Of a stretch of 64,000 bases of DNA, positions 1 to 14,060 are shown one piece after another; position 1 is the stretch's first letter; every line of letters starts with the position of its first letter. Source of the DNA: Hydrolagus colliei (Eukaryota). The stretch spans positions 17,546,001 through 17,610,000 of the forward strand of contig CM068749.1 of NCBI GenBank assembly GCA_035084275.1, written 5' to 3'. The position numbers were made by a program, and so were the translations under genes. Below the pieces are notes generated by a model. The model searched no databases and was not told where the DNA came from. It saw only the letters and a program-made list of their open reading frames with translations.

Positions 1-3000
1 AATAGGAGAGCCGTAAGGTGCCCATGTGCAATAGGCTTCAAAGGGTTAAACCACAGTATTCCTTTTCCAGTGTTGTTGCCCCGATTGATAGATTTGATAA
101 ACTACTAACAAGTGACCTTTGTGTACACCTGCTGCCTTCAAAGCAACAGTGTCAGCATGCAGATTGCTGTACTCCGCCAAACAAAACCAACTTTGAACCG
201 ATTAAAAACTAAATTGAAATACATTTATTAGAGGAATGAAAACAGGGACATTGCACATATTTTTAAATAGCTTTAAATGCAATCATGTGAAAAGCTATAC
301 CTCTAATATCTTAAAGCTAACAAAAAATACAATTATCATCTTCTGTAATGCTAAAATCTGCAACTTCCAAACAATTACTGGTAATGTACATTGCCCTCCT
401 TTTCATTTAACTGCTAGGAAATTAGACCAACATACCACATATACAAAAAAAGTATGAAAGAAACTCTTGTTTTAGTGTTGCCAGCTAGGTTTCACCAAGC
501 CCTACATTATCTACTCACAGCTTTAATGACTTCCTGCTGAGAACGACTCTGTGAAAGTCTTGGCAGCAGGACTAAGAATAGCATTAAATGGAAGGTTATC
601 TGGGCATTACACTCGCTGTAACATGCAATTAACTCTCCTCTTCCATTTTCATTACACAATTATTCATTAATGTCAATTTAATTTTATGCATTGTTCTACA
701 TGACCGATGGCTGATTACGGGCCTTTCACTTCAATATCCCAAGTTAACTGGTGCCAGCTTCAGTCAGTGCTGGCTAATTGCAACTTAGTCCAGACAATTC
801 CTCCCATTTTTGCCCTCCAGTAATGGAACAACAAATCCCTAGCCAGGTAAGGAATTTAACAGCTATTTAGTTGAGTTGGAGCTCTAGCACATTAAGGTAA
901 CTCTGACCCTTTGCAGTATCTCATCACTAAAAGCATACTTTCCAGCTTCATTCACTTCCAGCCAGCTATCGTTAACCCTTCTGATTTTATTAGCGGATGG
1001 CAGTGAGGAATTAGCAGCACAATGCTCGGAGCACAATACAGTCATGGACGAAACAAATACTTAGGAATTTTGATGAGGGTGGGGTGAATAATAGATAATT
1101 AAATCCACTTTTTGGGGCACATTGAAAATAACAGACAATGTCATGTACAGGTCAAAGCCAAGACAGCAATTCCAGACTCTAGTAAATTTCTTGTAAGCAC
1201 ATGTACAAAGAATGTTTACATTCTCAAAAAAACACTAAATGGTTTATTATCTAAATGACCCAGTCAGAATGACTTTGCAGTGCTGAATGGTATATTGTGT
1301 GCGCATTTGGAGTAACAGTTTGAAGAACTGATTCAGGCCAACAAACATGATCCACTTACTATAATATTAACCAAATATAACAGACTCTTCAATTCCAATG
1401 CATTTTCCCCCACCCCCTTTTATATTCAATGGTTTTCACAGAAGTAAATAGCTATGAGATTAATGGACTAACAAAATAATGGACTACAGCCCAAGTCAGA
1501 ATGAATGATGGAGGAAAAACTTCCAGGGCGCACTGAGGTCACGTTCAACAACCCCACCATCCTCCCAGCTGATACCCATTCACTCAGTGCAGATTGGGCA
1601 ATTAAACCTTGACTGCAGGTTCAGTACTGCATCATCCTGTGCATTTGTCCACTGAGCCATTGTACAGGCCTTCAAACCCTTCCTCAAAAACAACAAAAAC
1701 AACAGCTAATATTGAAAAATCATAGCACCCTCCACGTGGGGCAACATCTCAGAGCGCTTAACACAAATAATATTTATATGTGTTTGGTTCCATTTTTGTA
1801 TGCTGTTTTCTTTAAATTAATTGGTGTCATTGGGCGCTTTCCATTCTTCACTATTTCTCACTGTTTCATTTGTGGCCAAACTGTCATTAATGTGTTATCA
1901 ACATCCCACTGTACTGTTCACCTGCTCTCCCCATTGCTTAGATTACTGCTCACCCAGAGCCCTGCATATATATATATATACACAGAGTACAAAGGCTTGA
2001 TCCAGCATCGAATTCAGGAACTGCACTGCCTTCGTAACCATCAATCAATCTGAAGATTAATATTTTCAATGGTATGAATTTAATTCATCAGAGCGTTAGG
2101 AATATGTTGAAAGTAGACGTTAATTGTAGACCATTGTGTTTCAAATCTAGTCATGTTGGACACAAATGATCGGAGTGAGATCCATCTTGTAAACTACTAG
2201 ATGAGATACTCAATAGGCCCTGATGTACTTGTAAGCTGCTGTGAGACTTTACTTTATCTTTAACGTTAATCAGCTACAGCAGATAGTTTCCTCCCTAATA
2301 AGATCATCTCTTCAATCCTTGGTATTGAGGTCACTGTATTCCAGTGACTGGCTTTACCTTCGTCCCAATCTTGAATTGTCCAATTTTCCCAGCTTGTTAT
2401 TTACTTCACAAAAAAGCCTCCGACATCTGAATGAATTGGTACTGAGATTTTGTGACAGAATCCTGATTACATGACAATCCCAAAACCCCGTGGCTCTTGG
2501 GTAAAGTCGTCAGATAAAATCAAGTCCATAAGCAATCAAAAAGCTACAAGAGATACCTGTTCATATTTACCGCACATAAATTCGATAACTGGCACTATGC
2601 ATTATAGGGCACATGACAAGCCTGTCACAACAAGCCATTTCTCAGGTATGCCCTCTGCACATCCCTCCTCCTGTAAAGTGACTGGTTCCAAAGACTGAAT
2701 GGAAAAGCACGGTGGCACCAGGTTTATGAAGTGAGAGGGTTCCAGCATTATAAGCTTCAGGGGAGATGTCAGCTTTCACATTGAAGGGCATTTGATGTGA
2801 ATATAGGGATTATGGAGTTCTGTCCTGGAAATTTGATTAAAAGTTTACACTGCTTCACCCCACCCCCCTACTCAGCCGTAGGAAGAAAATCATGTGTTTG
2901 CTAGATCTACATTCTCTTGTACCTTCACTTGGTTATCTTCTATTGCGATTCTCCTGTCTTTCATCTCTCGGCCTTAATGTAGATTATGTGAACTGTAAAA

Positions 3001-4359
3001 TATTGCCCGAATGGTAATTGTCTGTTAATATTAGACAGTTTTAAAACTGAATGTTGCTCTAGATGTTTGAAAGAGAATAACTCACAGAATTAAAATGGTG
3101 ATCCTAATGTGCGGGAGAAGTCACTGGTGTAATTGAATTAACCCCTTAACTTGAGGTCCAAACAACAATGGATTTAACAGGAACTGATAGGAACTGAAAT
3201 AACACGAAAAATACATGCTCACCAAAAAAAAAGCTAATGTGGTGGATTGACAAAACAATATGCGCAGATCATTATCTGCGAGTGAGACAAGCAAATATGT
3301 TTAGTGACCTTTTTCTTTAGAGAAGTTAATGTCAATGTAACTAAATGTATTTTAGATTTTTGTCCTATTCCTAGATACTGCATTTTCATGTAAGCAAGTT
3401 GATTGATGAGTTTACCAGATTACCATTTGTCTTATATCAGCCTTTTATGCACTAATGGAGTTGTGTAACATTTTTGATCAATCAGATTCATACAGTGTAT
3501 AACATCTAAGCTTAATTTACTGCAAAAGCATATTTTGACACTTAAATTATCAAATGGAACCAAAGTAAACATCAAAGAGGTGCTCTCAACATGGTTTTTG
3601 TATCTGCTGAATTTCTAATTCAATCTGTTTGTTAAAAAGGCTTCCATCAGCTGCAGAAGCACTCTTGAAAAAGGTTTAATGTAATCCAACTGATATCCCT
3701 TTGCAAACACGAGCATGTGAAGTTTTTTTAGTGTTTTAGTCCATGTACAGAGAGTGGCTCTAGTTTGACTATCTGCAGAAAACTCTTAAAATGGTTATTA
3801 CAAGTTAATCCTTTTATTACCAGCAGGTCCATGGAGCATTCCCATCTCTGTAGGCCCAACAATTCTGTCCGTTTTCAGCTCACACACAGCAGGATTGAAA
3901 AACAGTGAGTTAACAGTAGAGAACTGCTGAAAACATCAGGATTGTCTTATTGTAGCAATATTTTCCCCAAGTTCTCATAAATAGCATTTTATGAATTTAA
4001 AACATTTTAAACTCTCCACGGGTGTTCCATTCTGTCTTTGTTCCTTTGAATGCTTTATCAGCTATAATTTTTTTTATATGACTTTATGATTTTCCACCCT
4101 TTTTCTCAATTGGACATACTATCACTCCATTTCAGAAGGTGGGATCACTTTCATTGACTGAAAACTCAGCTCTTAAGGCCAATTGTGCAGGCAATGTAAA
4201 GCATGGAATCTCAAAACCGACAATGCTACATTTCAGCTGCATCCTGGCGAGCCCTTGATTCACAAATGGTATCAGAATCAGAAAGTGGGATCCCCAGGTG
4301 AATAGCTTCCTCTAACAGATAGAAACTGGATGAATGAAAATGTCCAAAGCACTTCAATG

Positions 4360-4508
4360 CTGTTTTGGGGACATTGCTGTGTGCAACTGGCTACCGCGTT
4401 CCGTCCACAAAATGCACAGTGAATCCACTTCATGGTATATCCTGTGAAGCTCTTTGAGATGTCTCAACAACATGATAAGACACTATATCAAATTCAATGA
4501 TTAATATC
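4360..4508 (+). mobile_element. 5'-truncated SINE (body plus tail)
   Basis: gggacattgctgtgtgcaactggctaccgcgtt...ctttgagatgtctc..cactatatcaaat. Confidence 0.8.
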
Positions 4509-5159
4509 ATCCTGATGGTCTTTAACTTTGCTTATTTATTTAACAAGCTCTGCCTGTAAGAGTAATGTTGGTGGACTGATAGACAGCTACAGCACTGGAG
4601 GCCAAAACTCTTAACAAGGAGACCTAAATTCAACTCTTAGTTTTGACTGACATTCACATTGCAACTTTCCTTTGGGATTGAGTCTGCTGGTCTCAGCCAT
4701 ACAATGAGAGCAAAGGGAAGGGAAGCACAATTTTTTTCTGCTTCTGGGTGAATTGAAGCTGTGACTGAGAACTTGATATTAACAGAATCTGCCGATCATC
4801 ATGTGCTGGTTGGATTCAACAGCGGAAGATGAAATGAATGGACGAGAGCAGACAGAAGGAAAAAAATACAGTACAGTATAGTGAAAAAATGCAAACAAAA
4901 GTGACAGAGTCACAACAGTAGAGCTGTTGACAGTTTACAGGTAAAAGCTTAAGGCAATAACAATGAAATGGTTAAATGAGCTTGGGAGACATTATACCCT
5001 GATCGCTAAAACTATATGGAAAACTTTATGTTACATATTAATATGCAAGAAAAAGATGCAATTTTTAACAATCCTAATATGATAGAACCCGAATTATCTC
5101 TAGTGCTGGCTGATCTGTTATGTTTGACTTGTTGTTGTGACTTGGTGACATCATCTGCA

Positions 5160-5692
5160 GACATGGGGTCAACTTCCCTATGTATGCGGATGACATCCAG
5201 CTTTATCTTTCTGCCTCCAACCTCGATTCCAGAACCACTACTGTCCTGACAGACTGCCTGTCAAACATCAAGTCCTGAATGAGAGGTAAGTTCCTGTAGT
5301 TGAATGTCAACAAGACCAAGCCGCTCCTGATTGGCTTGCACCAACGCCTCCATACCTTAGGCACTGGCAGCGTCAAACTCCATGGATGCACATTCCACCT
5401 AACCAAACAAAACAGGAACCTAGGTCCCATGTTCAATTCTCAACTGTTATTTCTCCCCCACATCTATGCCACGACCCACACTGCCTTCCCTCACCTCTGC
5501 AACATTGCCCGATTCTACCGCTATCTCTAGCCTGCTTCGTGTCCCCCAGCCTACCTGCCCCACTATCAATGGGTGAGCCTTCAGCCACACTGCTCCAACC
5601 TTTGGAATTCCATCCCGCACTGATTATCCAGTTCTTTGGGATGTCTTCCCGACGTGAAAGTCACTGTACAAATCTAATTTTGTTGTTGTACG
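5160..5692 (+). mobile_element. Degenerate L2 LINE fragment
   Basis: LTDCLSNIKS-..LNVNKTKPLLIG-like RT remnant, followed by the tail tttgggatgtcttccgacgtgaaag...ttgttgtt. Confidence 0.85.
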
Positions 5693-6140
5693 GCTACAAT
5701 TGAGTGCATTAATTGGGGTATCCATGAGAGTGGACATTGTGGTATTTATTAGAACATACTCAACACTCAAACCAATCAATATTAATATAGTCAATGGCAA
5801 CTTAAACCAGTTTTCATCTTTAACCTAGATTTCCTTTTGGACTATATCTGCCGTTTTACTCAATCAATACAATTTCACACCCACTTGACATTCTGCAAAT
5901 GAAATTCATGTGGAAGCAGATGTAGTTCAACAGAAATTGCAACAAAATCATAAAATAATTATCAGTAATTAACAGATAAACTCGAACATCCAACAAGACA
6001 AGCACTGTACTGCAAGCCAGTGCACAACCACAACCAAGTTGTGAAGAGCTAAATACAATCTGGAATCAATTTCTACTTGAGAAACTGTCCTTACAAGAAG
6101 CTCAATCCATAATACCCGTATCTTTAACCTAGAGGATTTT

Positions 6141-6690
6141 GTGGAGTCCCCAAGCTCAGTGGTTAGAGCACTCGCCCCACAAGCAAGAGACCTGGATTCG
6201 ATTCCTGGCTGGGCAAAATGTTAGGTAAGTTTCTCCACAGGTTTCTGATTACCTATAAGTAAGTCGGAACCTGATTGTCAGTTGAACGGCAGATCGCTTT
6301 TCCAAGGGTAATAATTCCTTTAAAACAAAATAATAATAAATTGGTCACTTCAATCCACAACTGTTTGTGGGACACAAGCGCCACGGTTTACCTTCAAAAT
6401 ATAGTCATTTCACTTTACGGTATGTTCTGTGAAGCACTTTGAAATATCTCGAAGATGTGATAATAATAATATAATAATCCTTGCATTTGATACAGCACTT
6501 TTCGCCTCTTCTAAACGTCTCAAAGCACTTCACAGAATACACTGTAAAGTTAATTGATTGTATACTTGGGGGCGAAATGTGGCAGCCAAGTGCGCACAGT
6601 AGTGCCCCACAAACAGTCATGGATTGAAATGACCAATTTTTTTTGATTAAGGCACAATATCAAATGCAAGGAATATTATTATCATTATTA
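6141..6690 (+). mobile_element. tRNA-headed SINE (Deu-type body, L2-like tail) interrupted by an antisense copy at ~6461-6645
   Basis: A-box agctcagtgg (~6153) and B-box ggattcgattcc (~6194). Body contains tgtttgtgggacac. The tail is split around a minus-strand copy. Confidence 0.85.
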
Positions 6691-7696
6691 TCTATGTTAT
6701 TAAATCTACCACAAAATACAGTACTGTATACTGTAATTTTATAAGAATTAATTTGCATCAAATGGATTAAAAATAGAAAAGTCTGTTAATTATGGATGGA
6801 CAAAAAAAATCCCAATGATGCAATGTATCCTGATCCTCAGACCTGCATTTCTGATTGTCCGATGAGATTTGTTTACATTTATCTGTAAGCTCCATTTAGT
6901 CTTCTGACAATGTCGAATGACTGACTCACTGTGATGGATAGAGGTACCTGTCTTAATGGCAGCCCAAACTGTGCCCAGTAGTGCACAATACATTGATAAA
7001 TTGATAGCGGTTGCTCTATGCTCTGTTGGTAGTGAAAATGGGACTACTAGGACAAACAAATACATGCAATCAGGCTGCCAATTTAAACATTCTTGCGTAA
7101 GTTAAATAAACTCTTAACCTGACAGCTACAATATTGAAGTTTTAAATTAGCTTTTCAATTGAGCTTCAGTATTAGATGTATATGCAGTTTGTTGAGGTAT
7201 TTGAAAAGTTAATTACAACTGAGGCAAAATTATTTAGCACATAAAATCAGAATGGAACTACATCATACTTAAAGATATACAGCCAAAAAGATAGGCATAT
7301 TACGTGAATTATAGACATAGTGATATCTGAGAGCTTTTGATAGTACTGTACTGTAGCTTTTGTGCTATTTTAACAAAACAAACAAAATTTCCCCACCCCC
7401 AACATGAGGCAGTATTGTTACTGGGACTGTAATGAAATTTTAAACCTCAGGGCTTCATTCATTCAGCTGGGCATTTGAAGCTGAAAACAGGGCTTTAAAG
7501 GTACCATTATTGTTCACATTCCCCTGCCAGCCCTCCTCCTATTTCCCTCTGACCATGATAGCAGCTTCCCCAGCTTTGCTATCACTTCCTTATGATCATG
7601 TGTCTCATAGCCATGACACCATTCCTGCATTGGCTGCCATTTTGATTCAAAATAAGTGGCCAAAGTTGTCATTGCTCTATACAGTGGAAGTTTTAA

Positions 7697-8476
7697 AACA
7701 ACAACAACAATAAAATTACAATTATACAGCAACTTTCACATCAGGAGAACGTCCCAAGAAGCGAGGTGGAGGGACTGTGGGATGGAGTTCCAGAATGTGG
7801 GGGTAGACAGGCTGAAAGCCCAGCCACTGAAGGTACGGCGGGTCGAGCAGAAGACATGGAGCAGACCAGAGCCTGCTGAATGGATGGAGCGGGCAGGTTG
7901 GTAGGGAGTCAGCAGGTGTGAGAGGTAGGAAGGGGCAAAGCCGTGAATGGCCTTGGAAAGTGAGGACGAGGATCCTGAATTCTATCTTACTGAATTCTAT
8001 CCTCTGGCGAGGGTGGGGGTGATGGGGTCATGCAGTCTGGTGCGGGAGAGGACACCAGCTGCAGAGTTTTCGATGATCTGTAGCTTGTGAATGGAAGAGT
8101 TGGGAAGGCCGACAAGGAGGGAGTTTCCGTAGTCAAGCCTAGATGCATGGGTGAGGGTTTCGGCAGCCTGTGGAGTGAGGCAGTGGCGGAGTATGGCAAT
8201 GTTGCCCAGGTGCTGGAAGGCAGGGCTGGTCATGGTGCGGATGTAGGGGAGAAACGACAGTTCAGATTCAAGCAAGACACCCAGGTTCCTGACTGGGTTC
8301 GTGAGGTGGAGTGTGCAGCCATGGATGCTGATGCTGCCAGCGCCCGAGGTGTGGAGGCACTGACACGAGCCAATCAGAAGGGCCTCGGTCTTGCTGTCAT
8401 TGAGCTGTAGAAAATTGTCCCTCGTCCAGGACTTGATGTCGGACAGGCAGTCTGTCAGGACGCCAGTAATCCTGGT
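7697..8476 (-). mobile_element. L2 LINE fragment with internal deletions and 3' tail
   Basis: Minus ORF AETLTHASRLDYGNSLLVGLPNSSIHKLQIIENSAAGVLSRTRLHDPITPTLA. (AAC)n tail at 7697-7712. Confidence 0.9.
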
Positions 8477-9624
8477 TAAAAGCCGAAAGGTACATTTTAC
8501 CCAAGGCTAAAAAGAACAATACAATTTCCATTTATAAAATACCTTTCATGTCAGGAGGATGTCTCAAGAAATGTATATAGACAAGAAGGTAGGCAGAATT
8601 GAAAGGAATTTGGGGAACAATAAAAGCATTTTTGTATCTCCCTTTTGGCTCATTTGATGCCACACAGCATTTTGGAGGAGAATGCCTATTCCATTAGTCC
8701 CGTTTCTGATCGCTGTCCAGTGACTCCTATTGGAAACAATGTGGTTGGGAAGCAATAATATATCCCTCCCCAAACAGTCCGTTGACACTCAGTCAGAACA
8801 AAGACCACTTCAGCCAATATTACCCCCGAAGACATGTTACAGTACAAGCCTTATCCAGAGAAACAAAGAATGATTTATTTTTCCTGAAGGCTTGGAAACG
8901 GAGTAACAAAAGGGTTAATTAGAGTGCTAACAATTTTCACCTGTTTCACTTTAATAATAGTTATGAAGTGCTTTCCGGTTAGCTGGACAATCTGCAGAAA
9001 TTCTTTGTTCCTCTGCGATCATTAATCACCGACTCCTTGTTTATTTACACCTTTCATCAGCTTTCTAGTTTTTCCTTTTGCAGGCACTTGCCTCCACTGC
9101 ACAGCCCTCAAGCTGGAGCAACGGGTAATCAGGCCACAGATTGGCACATCTACACTGTTCCATGGATCAAGAAATGGAGGGGATGTTCTAGGGGTACAAT
9201 TACTTCAGGAGGTGCCACTGTGCACCTTGGGGAGAACCCCACCTAGTGGTCATGGCGGAGAATTGAGAAATGTATTGTAAGCGTTGGTGGAAGATTGATC
9301 TTTACTAGGATTTCAAGAGATAATTTAAGAAATCTGGAGCAAGTAAGGCAGATGGAATATACATTTCTATTGACTTTACTAATATAGATATCTATTACAA
9401 AAGGTAGTTTCTGAGATATCAATTGATTCCGAGCAGACTCAAATCACTGCAAATGGGTTTTGCTTAATGGGAAATGATCTAAAAGAGCTTAATCTTGTCC
9501 TGGATTCATGCTATATGAGCTAATGCCTGGGCAGAAACCATAGAAGAGTTTGCATTCGCAATAGTATTTGTTGCACGTTAGTTCCAAACTGTGCTGAAAG
9601 CAAAATTACTGACACCGTTCTAAA

Positions 9625-10062
9625 CTCCGTACCCCCATCCTACCAGGTTCCACTGGCTCCTTATTGCTGAACGAATTGATTTCAAGATCCTCACACTTGT
9701 TTTCAAATCCCTTCATGATCTGGCACCTCCTTTCCTCTCTAAACTGCTTACTCTCCAACCCATTAACTTCTGCCTCTGTTTAAGTAGCTCCAGCCTCTTG
9801 CATGTCCCTCTTAGGCTCCATTCCACCATCGGTGGTCGACTTCCAACCTCTATGCCCTGAAACTCTGGAAAACTCTTCCTCTATCCCTCCACCTTGCCCC
9901 TTGATTCCCCATCTTTAGGTCGTGCCTGAAGACCTTACTCTTCGACCATGCCTACGGTCATCTCATCCTCCCCCAGTTTAACATAATGTTCTGCCATTGT
10001 CAAGCAAATTGAGACACTACCCTGCAAGAGGGTCACTATATAAATGCAAGTTGCTATTGTTT
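9625..10062 (+). mobile_element. Degenerate L2 LINE 3' fragment
   Basis: HWLL..RIDFKILTLVFKSLHDLAPPFLS-like remnant, with tail ...cactatataaatgcaagttgctattgtt. Confidence 0.85.
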
Positions 10063-13000
10063 GCAATGTTATCACTGGGGAAGAGACAAATTAAACCAAA
10101 AAGGAGAAAGCAAAAGAGAAGATGAATGCTTCCATTGGGGAATCCTGGGGAATTAACTCAAGCTAACTAAAGCTACCCTTACTCAAGTACTGAAATAAAG
10201 GTGTGTGGATATTGGTCCCACACAAAGTTTATGCCAAAACTTTAATGCAGGTAAATTTTTTCAGTGTTAGTCAGAGACAAGCATTCAGTGTTAATCTCTG
10301 GCAGAGTCTAAATCAGATAGGGAGCCCATAGCTAATCAGACACTGTTTACTGAATGAAACTGACTCTGCTTCAACAAGCACAAGATGATAAATTCTGCCT
10401 GGACATGTCAGCCACATATAAACCATGATTGAATCGGGATCAGCAAAACATCAGTAGGAAGTGTGAGCAGAGGCCTGAGCTCCTGGTGCCAGAATGCCAT
10501 GGTTGAAGGGTGGGATAGAGTTAACATACTGTCTGTACAGTGGCACTGGAAACATTCCTAGTGTCAGTAAAGGAGGAGAGAGTATCTCCCAATGACGAAT
10601 TGGGCCAATGTTGCCTGTGGCAACCATTCAATATGCTAAAGGGGAGTGAGGAGGTAAGATCAACAAAACATGATCGTGACTGCAGCCCAGTTTTCCAATG
10701 ACCCCACTGATCACTGCATTATCTTCCTAGAAATGAGGGCCTACAAAATGATGGAAATTTCTGAGTGTGCCTGATTTCTCTTCAGAGAAAGACTTGCAAA
10801 GTGGAGGCAGGGTAAGGGAGCACCCTAACTGTACCTACAACTGGTGGTAGTGGAGGAGATGATTGCTCCATTAATCCCTATCCTAGATGGAGGAGTTTGG
10901 GGATATGTGGAATGATAATACCAAGTCCTTTAGCTTTTACCTCATTGATCACATACTGTGGTTTATCTGCAAGAAAGGTCTGCTTTATGAAAAAATGTCA
11001 CATGTGATGTTCATTTGTTAATATTGCAAGTAGTTTTCTTCGTATTTTACGTCAATATAATGATTGTTACAAAATTTGCTAACAACATAAACTAATTGTT
11101 GTCATTTCTTTGCTTCTTGTGCGATACTTTTTCCAAAGTTCTGTGCTGTCCACAAGCAACACAAAATATAGCTATCCTTGTCTCCCTTTTCTTGATAGAA
11201 CCCACTGATCACCCTGACACAAGACACAAGAGCGATTAAGGATGACGAAAGCTCTTCAGTCCAATTGATCTCATTATTATTTTTCAAGTCTGCCAATGCT
11301 CTACCCAAACCAATACAACCAATACATCTTCTGGTAGCAAAACACTCTTAACCTCATTTTAAAAGACTTAAATGGTCTATGCTTCTTTTTCCAAATTCTT
11401 GCATGGGCCAGTTCTGTTGTCACCAGGCCACCACACAATCTCACATGTTAACAAGTATCAAATGACTGTATTCAGGAGATTTCTCTCAAATCCTGACTAT
11501 AAATGTCAACTCCTGCTTACTTTTTTTAAAAAATGTCTGTTTAGTTTTATTCTGCAATTTGTTGTGTGTAAAAAGTCTCTCTTTTTTTAAACCACTGCAC
11601 AGCACTTGTCTGTCATTATACAATGCAATGAGTCACCAGACATCATCGTTTGTGCAAGTTGGGTGCTTGAGTCTGTTTGTTATACAAATGCGGTATCACA
11701 TTGTGACCTGTATATTATTTTTTATGATTATGACCCATTCTTTTCGAAATTGTTTCCAGCTATTACATTTGACATAAGACTTCCAGCCCTATGTAAATGC
11801 AACAATACGTAAATTTGGCACATCACAGTCAATTAAAGTTTTTCCTGATCAGTAGCCATTTGCTTAGTAGCTGCAACAATAGCTCAGCAGACTTATGCTT
11901 TGCACATTACAAAACACACAATTAGCATTTTAGAACAGGTCTTTTGCTTGCCTACATGTGATTTATGAATTTCCTGGCAAATATGATAAACATAAAATAT
12001 GTAGTGAATGTGTTGAATAATGAACAGCCATTAAAAAGTATAGTAAGGATATCAGTTGCCTAATTTGCATGCATTCTGAGATAAAGAATGTAGATCATAC
12101 ATAAGGGTCCAATTTCCAAAGTATTTGTAATGCATAAATCCATTTGGCATCTGCAATGTTGACATATCTCCCGTTTTGCGACAGAAATACAACACTGACT
12201 TGTTTCAATGGAAAACCTGCACAAAGGCACAATGAATATCGGAACAAAACCATGCTTATCTCAAATTTGAAACAGCGTTTTACCGGTACTTATTTTCAAG
12301 CTGTTTTCTGAGTCGCAAATGATGGGTTACAAATACTTAAAGGTGTTCTAACCTGGTTTTCTTGGAGATACAGAGTCAAAATGCCAGTGGAGAGATAATG
12401 CAGAAGAAGGTTTACTCTGCACTTAATACTGCGGGAAAAATGGAAAAAGGGGATTTGAAAGGATACGATGGGCCTAAGTAGAGGATCTTCTACTCGCTTC
12501 TCATCAAAATGCCTTGTGTAAGGGACACAGAGAGGATTAGATCCCCTCCCCCTGGCCAGGAACTATGATCCAATGACAACTGAACTGAGGAATGAAAGGT
12601 GCTCATAATGCTCCTATCTTCTTCACCAAGCACATATTTGAAATTCCAATTAGAGTTGGGACTGGGAAGACCCACGATAAGAAATAATAAAAGAGATGAC
12701 TATGAGGGATTTGCTGATCATAGACACCATAAATCCTTCAGTTTAAAGATGTTCCCTTTAGTTTCACCTGCGGACATTATCAGTGGTCCAATCCACTGAA
12801 AGCAAGGAAATCAAAACCAAGTTTCAAATAAGGAAACATGTGAGGATTTCATATCTCAGGTTTAAAACATTCTCTAATTTTCTTTATGTACCACAACGCA
12901 AGGTTGTATGTCTTGCCCAAGAGATAAACCACCTGGATTCTACAATGCACTAACTGCCTGCCCATTAAAGGACCGTCAAAATTCCAAAACGCATCCAACT

Positions 13001-13609
13001 GCTGGAAGGGATCTTGTGTGAATGAAAACCCTGAAAGTAATTTGGAAATGTTCCGGTTGGGAGGAAGTGCTCCTATTGCTTGTGTTCTTGATTGCCAAAG
13101 GTTTGAAATATTATTGAAACAAGGGAGGCTTTACTTCTCAGAATTTTTAAAAGTTTGCTTTTCGTCACTTAACCTGGTGATTTACTTTAAGAGGAATGAA
13201 ATTGTAATAAAAATGACAACTTTACCCTCACTTGCAGGGTTCATTTGCTCACATTTCAACCAATTATTCATTGCCAAGATGGATGCAACTAATGCGACTG
13301 ATATTCAGTGAACACAGCCAGATTCAGATGTTTGAAGTGATTTCAGTTTTAAAAGGAGGTCTAGAGCAAGAGTTTGAAGACAAATAATAAGATCTAGCTC
13401 CAAACAACATAAACATCATGTCAACCAATGTTAATAAATAACTGAGTGCAGAATAACAAATAGTGACATCAATATAATTATTAAAGTGGGAATTCTTTCA
13501 GAGTGTCATTTTTAACATGTTAAAGATATTCCATAAAGTGTTGTGGTATTTGTTGCCCACTGGCATTGATAGCTGAATTGCCACAATAATACCACTCACT
13601 ACATTTAGA

Positions 13610-14060
13610 ACATCTATTACATTTGGGAGAATGTCTCAAAGCACTTTACACGGTTTTCTGGGCACCCATGTGGTGGTGGTGGGAGGGATTGGGAAAGGGA
13701 CGATAACCAAAAGCAATAGTCAACAACAGATTACATTTATACAGAGCTTTTGATGTCGGGAGGACATCCCAAGGCACTGGACAGTTGTGAGTTTGCACCC
13801 GAGCTGGTATTCAATTGGAGAAATTTAGCTCCCATCCAGGACTTGACAAGTAATCAGCAGATGTCCTGTAATCAAGGGTGGAGGCAGAGAAATAGAATTG
13901 GGAGTCATGTTTAAGTTAATCGATGTCTGAGGATGACATCACCAAGTGGAAGCATGTAAATACTATAGAGGAGAGGACTAAGGACAGAGCCCTGAGGAAT
14001 GCTGTAGGTAATGGTCAACGGTAGAAGGAATTGGCATTGGCGGATACAAACTGGAGATGT
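13610..14060 (-). mobile_element. Degenerate L2 pieces (two tails plus an RT remnant)
   Basis: Tail motif caacaacagattacatttatacagagcttttgatgtcgggaggacatcccaaggcactg, plus aggacagagccctgaggaat (minus strand IPQGSVL). Confidence 0.7.

Noticed and set aside
3235-3377. Tyr-starting minus-strand frame ending FVNPPH as the missing next exon
   Set aside because: No polypyrimidine tract, no transmembrane-length hydrophobic segment, and an early stop.
6141-6215. tRNA genes (also ~38405, ~47550-47619, ~54430-54500)
   Set aside because: A/B boxes are present but continue directly into SINE bodies, with no clean cloverleaf. These are SINE heads.
6948-7022. 75-nt minus-strand exon candidate (EHRATAINLSMYCALLGTVWAAIKT)
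   Set aside because: Weak donor (gtacct), and its phase does not link to the established exons.
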